A stretch of 39,198 nucleotides of DNA, from sequence record SRR31156797_604; one strand, given 5' to 3'. The notes under the pieces were generated by a model. The model did no database searches. It was not told the origin of the DNA and worked only from the letters and a program-made list of their open reading frames with translations. Both the position numbers and the translations under genes were made by a program. Each line of letters begins with the position of its first letter. The stretch's first letter is position 1. Below, piece after piece: positions 10,565 through 20,861 of this stretch.

Positions 10565-10885
10565 TTAGCCGAATTTGCTGCTCCATTCTTTGTATCCGCC
10601 TTTTAGATTGTATAGCTTATGGCAGCCTTGCTGTGATAGAATCTTTGCTGCAGTTGCTGATCTTGCTCCAGATAAACAGTATAATAAGATCAGCTTTGAT
10701 TGGTTTTGCAGTTTGATTGTATCAATATAATCTGATATTTCGTCAAGCGGAATATTTACTGCATTGAGTACGTGTCCATTATCGAATTCTTTTTCATCAC
10801 GTACATCAATAAGTATGTGTTCTTCACACATTAAATTTCTGAATTCTTCAGCACTGGCATTTGAATAGTCACTGCTATAACCCAT
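10565..10885 (-). CDS. Single-domain rhodanese (sulfurtransferase)
   Basis: LIDVR...EF..GH..NA.NIPL, active-site YCLSGARS, NLKGGY..W. Confidence 0.92.
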   Translation of the reverse strand: MGYSSDYSNASAEEFRNLMCEEHILIDVRDEKEFDNGHVLNAVNIPLDEISDYIDTIKLQNQSKLILLYCLSGARSATAAKILSQQGCHKLYNLKGGYKEWSSKFG

Positions 10886-11135
10886 TATACACTCCCTTTT
10901 TGGTATTTAAATTCATTTTACTTGTCCTTAATATATGCATTACAGATTATAGTACACATTTTTACAAAAAGCAATATATGTGCTTTTTTTTAATATTAGA
11001 CTGTATTAAGTTAAGATTATTATAAAAATAATCACATAAATTGGAACATCATATATTTATTAAATATGAATACTATAAACGGATTATGTATGAAATTAAC
11101 TTTTATAAATAATCATTATGGCTTAGATATTAAAA

Positions 11136-13502
11136 CTATTCAATTAATGAATTATCTGCACTAATATTGTACATTCTTGAACCAAAATCCCCAACAAGCA
11201 TAGTCTTATCCGTTAATCCTGTACCGATAAATTGATTATACAGCATTAGACCAGCATACATTAATTCATCACCATATGCGCTTACCTTTTGTTTTTCTCC
11301 TTCATACATATATGTATTGCTGATAGTTTTGTGTACCAAGCCTTTGACACCGCTAGTGGTAACATTAAAAGGCAGTACGTGATTAATTAAATCACCGAAC
11401 TTTCCAACGTTGATATAGTGCTCACGTGTCTCAACATTGTATTTAGTGTCTTTATTCAAACCTGCTAATCTAATTTTTTCATGGTTTCCGTTTGGCTTTT
11501 GAATCTGCTGATAGTAACCAAGAATGCCAGTATTATTTTCATCTATTGCCATCCAAGAGCTGGTATTATTCTCAAATGGTGAATTTAGCCTGTAGAACTT
11601 ACCAAATTGGAAAGTTTCCCTGAACTGCTTATAATGCTCAACCTGTTTTAAAATAGTTTTTCTATCAAATACACTAAGGTTAAGTAGATTCAGCTCATAT
11701 CCTAGTGCTCCAAAAGCAGCAACATTGTATCTGGTTTCGATATCATTCATTCTAAGTGTCTGATGAGATGGATTTGAACCGACATGAGCACCCATTGTGA
11801 CTGGAGGGAATAGGAGAGAGCCTCCGTATTGAATGCACACTCTTTCGTTAGCATCTGTATCGTCGCTTGCCCATGTTTGAGGCATGTAGTAGAGCATACC
11901 AAGATCATGGCGATTGCCACCGCTAGCACAGCTTTCGAATAGGACATCAGGAAATTCATCACGGAGTCTTTGCAATAAATCATATAATCCAAGATAGTAT
12001 CTATGGTAAATTGATTTTTGATTATCACTGCTTAAGTAACTAGAATATATATCTGTTATACTTCTGTTCATATCCCATTTTACATAGTCTACCTCTGCTC
12101 TTTTGAATAGACTGCTTAGTACATCATAGAGATAATCTATAACTTCAGGATTAGCCAAATCCAGAATTAGCTGATTTCTACCAGGTGAAGGCTGTCTGTT
12201 GGGCAGCTTAATAACCCAGTTTTCATGCTCATTATATAGATTTGATTTTTCTGAAATCATTTCTGGTTCAACCCAAAGTCCAAATTGTAATCCCATATTA
12301 TGAACTTTCTTGCTGAGACCTTCCAGCTTACTTGGTAGCTTTTTCGTATCTTCATACCAATCCCCCAGGCTTGTTGTATCGTCATCTCTGCCATCGAACC
12401 AGCCGTCATCAAGGACAAATAGCTCCATTCCCATATTTTTACCTTCATTAGCCAGTTTCAGTAATTTCGATTCGTTGAAATCAAAGTACATTGCTTCCCA
12501 GCTGTTAAATAGTATTGGTCGGGTTTTTCCCTGCCAAGATGGAGTGATAAGATTGTTCAATATAATCTGATGAAAGTTTTGACTCATGCCATTTAAGCCA
12601 TTATGTGAAAATGTCATTACAGCTTCAGGAGATATGAATCGATCAGAAGTTAGGAGCTGCCATGCAAAATCGAAGGGATTAATACCCATCTGAACTCGGG
12701 TAATATCATGAGTGTTGACCTGTATCATGGATTGATAGTTACCGCTGTAAACAAGTGAGAAACCATAGGCATCTCCGATATGTTCAGTGGTTTGAGGGTC
12801 AGTTAATGCAAAAAAAGGTGTATGATCTGCACCTGATGCCAGACGCTTTGAATCAGTTATATGTATACCTTTTGTCAGAGCTGTTCTCTGGATATTTTTT
12901 TCCTTAATCCAATGACCATAGAGATTTATTAAGTCGTAATTACTGTAATGAAAATCCAGATTGAAACTCATTACTCTCTCTAATGTGATTGTATCACCAT
13001 TATTAATAATTTCTACATGTCTTGTGATGCAGTTACTGTCGTAAAATGCATTGTAATGGAGCTCTAAATCCACTTTAGCTATTTCATCACTCATATATAT
13101 AATCAATGTATACACATTATCGTTATTATGGAAAAAATGAGGTAAACTATCCAAAGGCTTTTTACCTGAACTAATTTCATGGCTAATATATTTAAAGTCA
13201 GTAACTCTCGTATTATCAGATAGCGTTATATGGAGAGATGGTTCTCTTAAATCGGATTTTCCATATGTTGAATGCTCTAGACATGTATCATTAAGAAACA
13301 ACTGATTACATTCTTTAGAATATGATGGTTCCAGACCGACAGCACCATCAAACATTTGATTTAGGGAATCGTAGTTATCTCTTTCGTGAATTTTTCTACC
13401 GTAATATACACTTTGGATATGACCTGTTTCCATGATTTTTACGATATAACTGGTATCTTTTGTTTGAAGATGAAAGTAATTACCTTTATTAAATTGTATC
13501 AT
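11136..13502 (-). CDS. Alpha-galactosidase, GH36
   Basis: NSWEA.YF, FVLDDGWF, FGLWVEPEM, YVKWDMNR (nucleophile), CASGG, WASDDTD (acid/base); start moved to ATG 13502 behind GGAGG. Confidence 0.95.
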   Translation of the reverse strand: MIQFNKGNYFHLQTKDTSYIVKIMETGHIQSVYYGRKIHERDNYDSLNQMFDGAVGLEPSYSKECNQLFLNDTCLEHSTYGKSDLREPSLHITLSDNTRVTDFKYISHEISSGKKPLDSLPHFFHNNDNVYTLIIYMSDEIAKVDLELHYNAFYDSNCITRHVEIINNGDTITLERVMSFNLDFHYSNYDLINLYGHWIKEKNIQRTALTKGIHITDSKRLASGADHTPFFALTDPQTTEHIGDAYGFSLVYSGNYQSMIQVNTHDITRVQMGINPFDFAWQLLTSDRFISPEAVMTFSHNGLNGMSQNFHQIILNNLITPSWQGKTRPILFNSWEAMYFDFNESKLLKLANEGKNMGMELFVLDDGWFDGRDDDTTSLGDWYEDTKKLPSKLEGLSKKVHNMGLQFGLWVEPEMISEKSNLYNEHENWVIKLPNRQPSPGRNQLILDLANPEVIDYLYDVLSSLFKRAEVDYVKWDMNRSITDIYSSYLSSDNQKSIYHRYYLGLYDLLQRLRDEFPDVLFESCASGGNRHDLGMLYYMPQTWASDDTDANERVCIQYGGSLLFPPVTMGAHVGSNPSHQTLRMNDIETRYNVAAFGALGYELNLLNLSVFDRKTILKQVEHYKQFRETFQFGKFYRLNSPFENNTSSWMAIDENNTGILGYYQQIQKPNGNHEKIRLAGLNKDTKYNVETREHYINVGKFGDLINHVLPFNVTTSGVKGLVHKTISNTYMYEGEKQKVSAYGDELMYAGLMLYNQFIGTGLTDKTMLVGDFGSRMYNISADNSLIE

Positions 13503-13756
13503 TTCTGCTTCCTCCATATATACTAATATTCTCTGTATATTATTTATAATACTATATTTAACCAATTATTTGCTAATGTCAATAGAACAATCAATGACAA
13601 TGCAGATTCGATAAAAAATATTATATGATAATACTAAGATTATTGACTATTGTATATAATTTTGTAATAATATGATTATGTCACACATGTGGCATTTTAA
13701 CAAGTGGATTATTTTTTAATAGTCTGACATATATTTATCGGAAGGAAGTACAGAAT

Positions 13757-16180
13757 ATGCACAATATTACACATTTAAATTTTGATTGGTTCTATAGTAA
13801 TGACTTCAAACAGGAGTATATTGAAACTAGTTGTGATACAAATCACTTTACTAAAGTTAATATTCCTCATGCTAACGTAGAAACTCCTTATAATTATTTT
13901 GACGAAAATATATATCAAATTAAATCCTGTTATAGAAAAAAGTTTAGAATCGAAAAAAAAGCAGGGAAAGAGAGAGTATATCTTCATTTTGAAGGTGTAA
14001 TGGCATATGCAAAAGTATACCTTAATGAAGTTGAAGTAGGGGAGCACTATGGAGGCTATACTCCATTTAAATTGGATATTTCAGATGTAGTAGAGTACGG
14101 TAGAGAAAACATATTGGTAGTAATGGTTGATTCATCAGAGGAATTAAATATTCCTCCCTTTGGATTTGTTATTGATTATCTTACATACGGCGGTATTTAT
14201 AGAGAAGTTTATATTGAGCAGGTAAATGTTATCAATATTGAAAATGCTCATATTAAGACATTCAATGTTTTATCAGAATGTAAAAAAATCGAAGTTGATT
14301 TATTTGTTGAGAATAATACTAGTATAAATAAAAGACTGCAAGTTGAATTCTATCTTAAATCCGAAGATGATGTTATTAGCTATAAAAGGGATATCGTATT
14401 GTCAAATGAAAACTTACAGAAGCACATATTGAAATTCGATGTTATAGAGGACGTTAAACTATGGAGTGTTGACAGCCCAAACCTATATTATATGGAAATT
14501 AGATTGTTCGACAATGATGCTGAAATTGATGCAAAGGAATATAGATTTGGTTTTAGAGAAGTTGAATTCAGAGCTGATGGATTCCTTTTGAATGGGGAAA
14601 AAATGAAAATACGTGGTTTAAATAGACACCAGTCGTACCCATATGTTGGTTATGCTATGCCAAAATCAGCTCAATATAAAGATGCAGAGATATTAAAATA
14701 TGAACTAGGAGTAAATACAGTTCGCTTATCTCACTATCCTCAGTCCAATCATTTCCTAGATAGGTGTGATGAATTAGGACTGCTGGTATTTGATGAGATT
14801 CCCGGATGGCAGCACATTGGTGAAAAGGGATTGTGGTGGGATATTTGTATTCAGCATGTAAAAGAGATGATAAAAAAAGACTGGAATCATCCAAGTGTAT
14901 TTACATGGGGCGTACGAATAAATGAAAGCGGTGACAAAGATGAACTGTATGAGAAAACAAATTCTGCAGCTAGAGAATTGGATACAACCAGACCAACCAC
15001 TGGAGTTCGATGTGTAGGTGGAAGCAATCTATTGGAGGATGTATATTCTTACAATGATTTTATTCATAACGGTAATAGACCACCTCTAAATAAAAGAAAG
15101 AATATTGCAAAAGCTAAAGTGCCGTATTTGATTACAGAACACAATGGTCATATGTTTCCAACTAAATCCATTGACCCTACTGGTCAAAGAGCGGAACAGG
15201 CTCTCCGTCATGCTAGAGTACTGAATGCAATGTATCTGGACAATGAAATAGCCGGTGCAATTGGGTGGTGTATGTTTGATTATAACACTCACAAGGATTT
15301 TGGTTCAGGAGATAAGATTTGTTATCATGGAGTAATGGACATGTTCCGCGCTCCTAAATATGCAGCAAGTACATACTACTCACAACAGGATAACATGCCT
15401 GTTATGGATATTATACATTCTATGGAGAATGGTGATTTGAAAGAGTCACTCAGAGGTGATGTGGTTGTTTTGACAAACTGTGATTATTTGAAGCTGTACA
15501 TAGATAATGAATATATTAGTGATTTTTATCCAGATAGGAAGAATTTTTCCGGATTACCTCATCCTCCGATTATTATAGATGATTTTATCGGCGATAGAAT
15601 ATTTAATGGAGAAAGATTCAGCAAAAAGGATGCTGATAGGATTAAATATCTTTTATTGAAATGGAGCAAAAACGGCAGCAGATTGTCAATTATTGATAAA
15701 CTGAAAATGGGTATTGTAATGATTAAGTATAAAATGGATATGAACGATGCAATCAAGCTGTATAGTAAATATTTAGGCAGCTGGGGGACAAGATCTACTT
15801 CATATAGATTTGATGGATATATTAGTAATGAGAAAGTTTTAAGCAAGACAAAAGCAAAAGTATTTAGTCCTCGATTGATTGTTACCCCTGATAGTACAGA
15901 ATTGGTAGAAGATACAACTTATGATGTTACAAGAGTTATGATAAAGCTTATTAATGAGGATGGTGATGTACTCTCCTACGCAAATGACACTTTTACAATT
16001 GAAATAGATGGTGATATTGAATTAATTGGACCAAATCAGATCAGTCTGATTGGAGGCACCAGAGGATTTTGGATAAAATCAAATGGAACTGTAGGTAAGG
16101 CGGCAATCATTATAAAAAATAAAAGATGGGGAGAGAAAACGGTTGATATAGTAGTAAATAAGCATAATACAAGTGCGTAA
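13757..16180 (+). CDS. Beta-galactosidase-like glycoside hydrolase, GH2
   Basis: FEGV, GGYTPF, DYLTYGGIYR, GLNRHQ, VRLSHYPQ, VRINE (acid/base), TEHNG (nucleophile), WCMFDY. Confidence 0.92.
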   Translation: MHNITHLNFDWFYSNDFKQEYIETSCDTNHFTKVNIPHANVETPYNYFDENIYQIKSCYRKKFRIEKKAGKERVYLHFEGVMAYAKVYLNEVEVGEHYGGYTPFKLDISDVVEYGRENILVVMVDSSEELNIPPFGFVIDYLTYGGIYREVYIEQVNVINIENAHIKTFNVLSECKKIEVDLFVENNTSINKRLQVEFYLKSEDDVISYKRDIVLSNENLQKHILKFDVIEDVKLWSVDSPNLYYMEIRLFDNDAEIDAKEYRFGFREVEFRADGFLLNGEKMKIRGLNRHQSYPYVGYAMPKSAQYKDAEILKYELGVNTVRLSHYPQSNHFLDRCDELGLLVFDEIPGWQHIGEKGLWWDICIQHVKEMIKKDWNHPSVFTWGVRINESGDKDELYEKTNSAARELDTTRPTTGVRCVGGSNLLEDVYSYNDFIHNGNRPPLNKRKNIAKAKVPYLITEHNGHMFPTKSIDPTGQRAEQALRHARVLNAMYLDNEIAGAIGWCMFDYNTHKDFGSGDKICYHGVMDMFRAPKYAASTYYSQQDNMPVMDIIHSMENGDLKESLRGDVVVLTNCDYLKLYIDNEYISDFYPDRKNFSGLPHPPIIIDDFIGDRIFNGERFSKKDADRIKYLLLKWSKNGSRLSIIDKLKMGIVMIKYKMDMNDAIKLYSKYLGSWGTRSTSYRFDGYISNEKVLSKTKAKVFSPRLIVTPDSTELVEDTTYDVTRVMIKLINEDGDVLSYANDTFTIEIDGDIELIGPNQISLIGGTRGFWIKSNGTVGKAAIIIKNKRWGEKTVDIVVNKHNTSA

Positions 16181-16605
16181 AAAATGATTATGACCACATT
16201 TTAACTAAACATGGTCATTACATAATCATTTCAATTTATGAAGAAGGAGAAATTACAATATTATTTAACTATTTTATTATGTCAGAATTGTCACAGTATT
16301 TAAAACCTAATACAAACATAACATGAAATATTAAAATAATTATTTATATGTTATATGTAAATGAATTACGAATGATATAAAAACTATCGATATAAATGTT
16401 ATGTGTTAATGATTGCATTCTTTTTAAGTGATAATATCTCAGAATTATCTCATTACTATTAAACTAGTTAAAATAATAACTGTATATGCCCCATATCACA
16501 AAATAAATGTTGTATAAAATCTAGAATCATATTAAAATACTAAGTATTGTAGGCAGAAGGTTAAATAAGTAAGTTTACATTAACTTAACTGAAAGGATTT
16601 GTATT

Positions 16606-18063
16606 GTGAAAAACAACAACGAAGAAAAGGATTTAAATATCGTAAGTCCTGAGGATTTAGAGGAAGTAAAAGAAACAGCTGAAGAAATTATTGAAAAAGC
16701 TGAAGAAGCTGTGTCTGAGGCAAAAGAAGTTGAATTATCAGATGATAATAATGAATTGTCTTTAGACACAAATGATGAGGATGAACTTATAGAGGAAAAG
16801 AAAAAAATCAGTCCAACAATTTTGATAATTGCTGCAATTTTGGCTGTAGTAATTGTATTGGTTGGAGCTTATACATATGTAGAGGTCAATACATTAGCTA
16901 AGTATAAGGGCGGCAGAGTTACAAAGAGCGAATTCAATTACGAATGGGAAGCAATTCTTGCTGCGAATGGTATTACAGAAGAAGACCTGGAAAATGAAGA
17001 ATATGCAGTAGATATTGAAGAACAGAAGAATAGCATTTTGACAAGTCTTGCAAATCAAGAGATAATCTTTGCAAAGCTGCATCAATTAGGTATGGATGAG
17101 CTTACAGAAGAAGAAATTCTGGAAGCTGAAGAAACTGCAACATCTGATTTAGATAATTATGCAACCAGCAATATGGACTATATTCTGTCTACATTATCAG
17201 AGGATGCAAGTGAAGAGGAGCAGGCACAGGCTATTGAGGATTTCAAACTGCAAGCTCTAAATGACAATGGCTTTAAGGATATGGATGAATATATTGATAT
17301 CATAACAAAGAGCACACTTATAGAGAACGCATATTATGAACTACTACCAGATGATCAGGTAGCTCCAAGCGATGAAGAACTACAGGCAGAATATGACGCA
17401 CTTTTAGAAAGCCAAAAAAGTGAATATGACGCTAATCCAAATGCATATCTAAATAGTTATCAGTATTCTGACTTAATACTATATAAGCCTGAAGGTATAC
17501 GTAACGTAAGGCACGTGCTAATTCAAATAGATGATGAGACATTATCAGAGATTCAAACACTGACATACAGTGATGACCAAGAAGGTGCTGACGAGCTGTA
17601 TGAAGAAGCTTTAGCATCTATTGAGCCTGAAGCACAGGAAGTATTAGATAAGCTAACAGCTGGTGAAATAACATTTGATGAAGCTATTGCTGAATACAAT
17701 ACAGACTCAGGGCAAGACGTTGAAGTCGGTTATGAAGTTTGTGAAGGTTATGAGTACTTTGTTACAGAATTTACTGAGGGTGCTATGGCTCTAAAGAAAG
17801 TTGGAGATATTACTGGTTTAGTCGCAACAAGCTATGGATATCACATTATTGAGTACTATGCAGAGCAGGAGTCTGAGACTGTTGCATTTGAAGAAGTTTC
17901 TGACAGCATGAGAGAAAGTACAACTGCCGATAATAGGACTGTTGCTTGGTATGACATGCTTGATGACTGGTACGAAGAATTTGAGCTTACATTTAAAAAT
18001 GATGAACTGAATGCTACTGAAGAGGTTGCAGAAGATACTGCTGCAGATACTGTTGAAGAGTAA
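16606..18063 (+). CDS. Membrane-anchored PrsA/SurA-like peptidyl-prolyl isomerase, highly acidic
   Basis: One TM helix (about aa 70-92), SurA-N-like helical region, parvulin motifs VRHVLI, F..AI.EYN.D, FVTEF...A, TSYGYHII; GTG start after an AAAGGA RBS. Confidence 0.82.
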   Translation: MKNNNEEKDLNIVSPEDLEEVKETAEEIIEKAEEAVSEAKEVELSDDNNELSLDTNDEDELIEEKKKISPTILIIAAILAVVIVLVGAYTYVEVNTLAKYKGGRVTKSEFNYEWEAILAANGITEEDLENEEYAVDIEEQKNSILTSLANQEIIFAKLHQLGMDELTEEEILEAEETATSDLDNYATSNMDYILSTLSEDASEEEQAQAIEDFKLQALNDNGFKDMDEYIDIITKSTLIENAYYELLPDDQVAPSDEELQAEYDALLESQKSEYDANPNAYLNSYQYSDLILYKPEGIRNVRHVLIQIDDETLSEIQTLTYSDDQEGADELYEEALASIEPEAQEVLDKLTAGEITFDEAIAEYNTDSGQDVEVGYEVCEGYEYFVTEFTEGAMALKKVGDITGLVATSYGYHIIEYYAEQESETVAFEEVSDSMRESTTADNRTVAWYDMLDDWYEEFELTFKNDELNATEEVAEDTAADTVEE

Positions 18064-18083
18064 TTAATCGCATATTAATTGAT

Positions 18084-18116
18084 AAACTGCCGGATATTAA
18101 GTTCGGCAGTTTTTTT
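18084..18116 (+). terminator. Intrinsic terminator
   Basis: AAACTGCCGGA / TTCGGCAGTTT stem followed by a T-run. Confidence 0.85.
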
Positions 18117-18199
18117 ATTTGTAATAATTTATAAATAAACTTGTAATAATCATGACTAGTCTGTATAGTAATATTAGAATTAATAATTACAGGTGAAAT

Positions 18200-19342
18200 A
18201 TGAGTAAAAAAATTAGAATAATTACGTTATTATCAGTATTGATAGTGATAGTACTGACATCGGGCTGCAGTGAAAAAGCACTTTTTATGCCAGTTACAAT
18301 AGAAGAATTTATTGAGAATAATGACACTCAGGAAGTGATAAAGGTTAAAGTGACAGAAGTAATCAGTGCTGAAACGGAAGTTGAGGATTATTATGGACAG
18401 GAAAGTGTAACCGAGACTATTGAATTCGTAGGTGAAATTCAAAGCGTCAATATTACTGACGAAAGTATATCCTGTCGTCAGGTAATAGAATATAATGAGG
18501 GATATATATCCCAGGTTGTTTCAGAGGGTGACATTGTTTTCGTGTATCCAAGTGTAGAGGATTCACAGCCCATTGGAGATTTTGCTGAATATTCCAGATT
18601 GACATACATAATAATATTCGCTGTTTTCTTTGCATCACTAATAATAGTATTCAGCGGTTTCAAAGGGCTTCGGTCGCTGATTGGTCTGATAATAACATGT
18701 GCGATAATCTTTTTGGTATTTATACCATTAATAATTGATGGTAAGAATATAGTACTATGCGCAATACTTACATCAGTTTTGGTTACTATTATTACAATAA
18801 CAATAGTAATGGGTATAAAGAAAAAATCACTTGCAGCAATATTAGGTTGTACAATCGGATTTCTGATAGCAGGAGGTCTGACATTCATAATGCAAAAAAT
18901 ACTTAATATGACTGGTCTGATAGATTCTAATGCTAACCTTTTGTATTATCAAAGTAGTATAAATATGAACGGATTGCTATCTGCTGGAATTATAATAGGT
19001 GCCCTAGGAGCAACAATGGACGTTGGTGTTTCCATAGCTTCATCACTGGATGAGATTATACTTCATAAAAGTGAAGTTAAAAGAGTCGAACTAATAAAAT
19101 CCGGTATGAAAATCGGCGGTGATATTATGGGAACAATGATAAATACCTTGATTTTAGCTTATGTTGGAAGTTCGATGTCGCTGATAGTTTTGATGGTCTG
19201 CAATGCTGAACAGATGGAATATACTCTTAGCTGGGAATTATTTAGTTCAGAATTTGTTAGAGCATTGGCAGGCAGTATTGGTTTGATATTTACCGTTCCG
19301 GCAACTGCAATCATTATGGCATTGCTTACTAGAAAAGAATAG
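18200..19342 (+). CDS. YibE/F-family membrane protein
   Basis: G.KGLRSL, GIIIGALGA.MDV..SIAS, SGM.IG.DIMGTM.NTLILAY.GSS, GSIGL..TVP.T. Confidence 0.88.
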   Translation: MSKKIRIITLLSVLIVIVLTSGCSEKALFMPVTIEEFIENNDTQEVIKVKVTEVISAETEVEDYYGQESVTETIEFVGEIQSVNITDESISCRQVIEYNEGYISQVVSEGDIVFVYPSVEDSQPIGDFAEYSRLTYIIIFAVFFASLIIVFSGFKGLRSLIGLIITCAIIFLVFIPLIIDGKNIVLCAILTSVLVTIITITIVMGIKKKSLAAILGCTIGFLIAGGLTFIMQKILNMTGLIDSNANLLYYQSSINMNGLLSAGIIIGALGATMDVGVSIASSLDEIILHKSEVKRVELIKSGMKIGGDIMGTMINTLILAYVGSSMSLIVLMVCNAEQMEYTLSWELFSSEFVRALAGSIGLIFTVPATAIIMALLTRKE

Positions 19343-19346
19343 TATA

Positions 19347-19371
19347 AAGACCTTGCATTTAGCAAGGTCTT
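19347..19371. terminator. Hairpin between the convergent YibE/F gene and gcvPB, probably bidirectional terminator
   Basis: Perfect 10-bp stem AAGACCTTGC-attta-GCAAGGTCTT. Confidence 0.7.
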
Positions 19372-19406
19372 CCTTTATCAGTCTTTATATAAAACATTTA
19401 TTTTGA

Positions 19407-20861
19407 CTAAGATATATTACAGCAGTTAACAATCGGCTTTCTAGCTGCACCAGCTTCATCCAGTCGGCCTACAGGGGTATTATGAGGAGCATTTTTTACG
19501 TTCTCTGTATTATCTTTGCACTCTGCAGCAATTTCAATCATTGCGTTTATGAATTCATCAATGGTTTCCTTGCTTTCAGTTTCCGTAGGTTCAATCATAA
19601 TCGCCTCGTTTACAATCAAAGGAAAGTAAACTGTTGGCGGATGATATCCATAGTCAAGGAGTCGTTTTGCAATATCCAATGTGTGTACATCATGGGGATT
19701 GTCTTTTACACCAGCAAGCACAAATTCATGCATGCAAGTGCGATTATACCGCAAATTGTAATAATCTTCTAGCTTGTGCATCATATAATTTGCATTTAAT
19801 ATAGCCATTTGAGATGCTCTATGCAGTCCATTAGCACCCATAGTCAGAATATAACTATATGCACGGACTATTACGCTAAAGTTACCATAAAATGCTTTTA
19901 CTTTCCCAATAGATTTTGGACGATTGTAATCTAGGAAATATTTATCTTCACTTTTAGAAATAATAGGAACTGGTAAAAAATCAATTAATTCTTTTTTGAC
20001 ACCAATAGGACCAGCTCCCGGACCACCGCCGCCATGAGGAGTAGAAAATGTTTTGTGAAGATTGAAATGCATCACATCAAATCCCATATCTCCCGGTGAT
20101 GTAATTCCCATTATGGCATTCATATTCGCACCATCATAATACAAAAGTCCGCCTTGCTTATGAACAATGTCTGCAATTTCACAGATATCCTTTTCAAATA
20201 ATCCTAGAGTTGAAGGATTGGTTAGCATTAATCCTGCAACATTATCATCCATAGCTTCCTTTAGAGCATTAATATCAACCGCACCATAATCATCAGTTTT
20301 GATTTCAACTACCTTAAAGCCTGCCATAGCTGCAGAAGCCGGATTGGTACCATGGGCTGAGTCAGGAACAATGATTTTGTTCTTGTGTGAATTACCATTA
20401 TTATCATGATAAGCCTTAATAATCATTAAGCCAGTTAATTCACCATGAGCACCAGCAGCACACTGTAGGCTGACGTCATCCATACCAGATATTTGGGCTA
20501 GTAATCCTTGGGTAGAATACATCAATTCCAGTGCTCCCTGTATAGTTGATTCATCCTGTAATGGGTGAACCATGTTGAAGCCGTCGAATCTTGCGATTTT
20601 TTCATTAACCTTTGGGTTATATTTCATTGTACAGGAACCAAGGGGGTAGAATCCTGAGTCTACACCAAAATTCAGCTGAGATAATGCAGTGAAATGACGA
20701 ACTACATCAACTTCAGATACTTGTGGTAGGTCAGCATCAGTACTACGTAAGTATTTATTGTCAATTACCTTGCTTATATCATGTTGAGGGACATCACAAT
20801 TAGGAAGAGAATACGCTTTTTTGCCATCTTTGCTTAGTTCAAAAATTAGTGAAGTATTCAT
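19407..20861 (-). CDS. gcvPB: Glycine dehydrogenase (decarboxylating) subunit 2
   Basis: [31 protein letters not shown]-lysine [22 protein letters not shown]. Confidence 0.97.
   Translation of the reverse strand: MNTSLIFELSKDGKKAYSLPNCDVPQHDISKVIDNKYLRSTDADLPQVSEVDVVRHFTALSQLNFGVDSGFYPLGSCTMKYNPKVNEKIARFDGFNMVHPLQDESTIQGALELMYSTQGLLAQISGMDDVSLQCAAGAHGELTGLMIIKAYHDNNGNSHKNKIIVPDSAHGTNPASAAMAGFKVVEIKTDDYGAVDINALKEAMDDNVAGLMLTNPSTLGLFEKDICEIADIVHKQGGLLYYDGANMNAIMGITSPGDMGFDVMHFNLHKTFSTPHGGGGPGAGPIGVKKELIDFLPVPIISKSEDKYFLDYNRPKSIGKVKAFYGNFSVIVRAYSYILTMGANGLHRASQMAILNANYMMHKLEDYYNLRYNRTCMHEFVLAGVKDNPHDVHTLDIAKRLLDYGYHPPTVYFPLIVNEAIMIEPTETESKETIDEFINAMIEIAAECKDNTENVKNAPHNTPVGRLDEAGAARKPIVNCCNIS

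Noticed and set aside
16238-16303. 21-aa ORF MKKEKLQYYLTILLCQNCHSI containing a CxxCH heme-like motif
   Set aside because: No RBS before the ATG, very short, AT-rich context and no cytochrome c maturation genes nearby; most likely chance.
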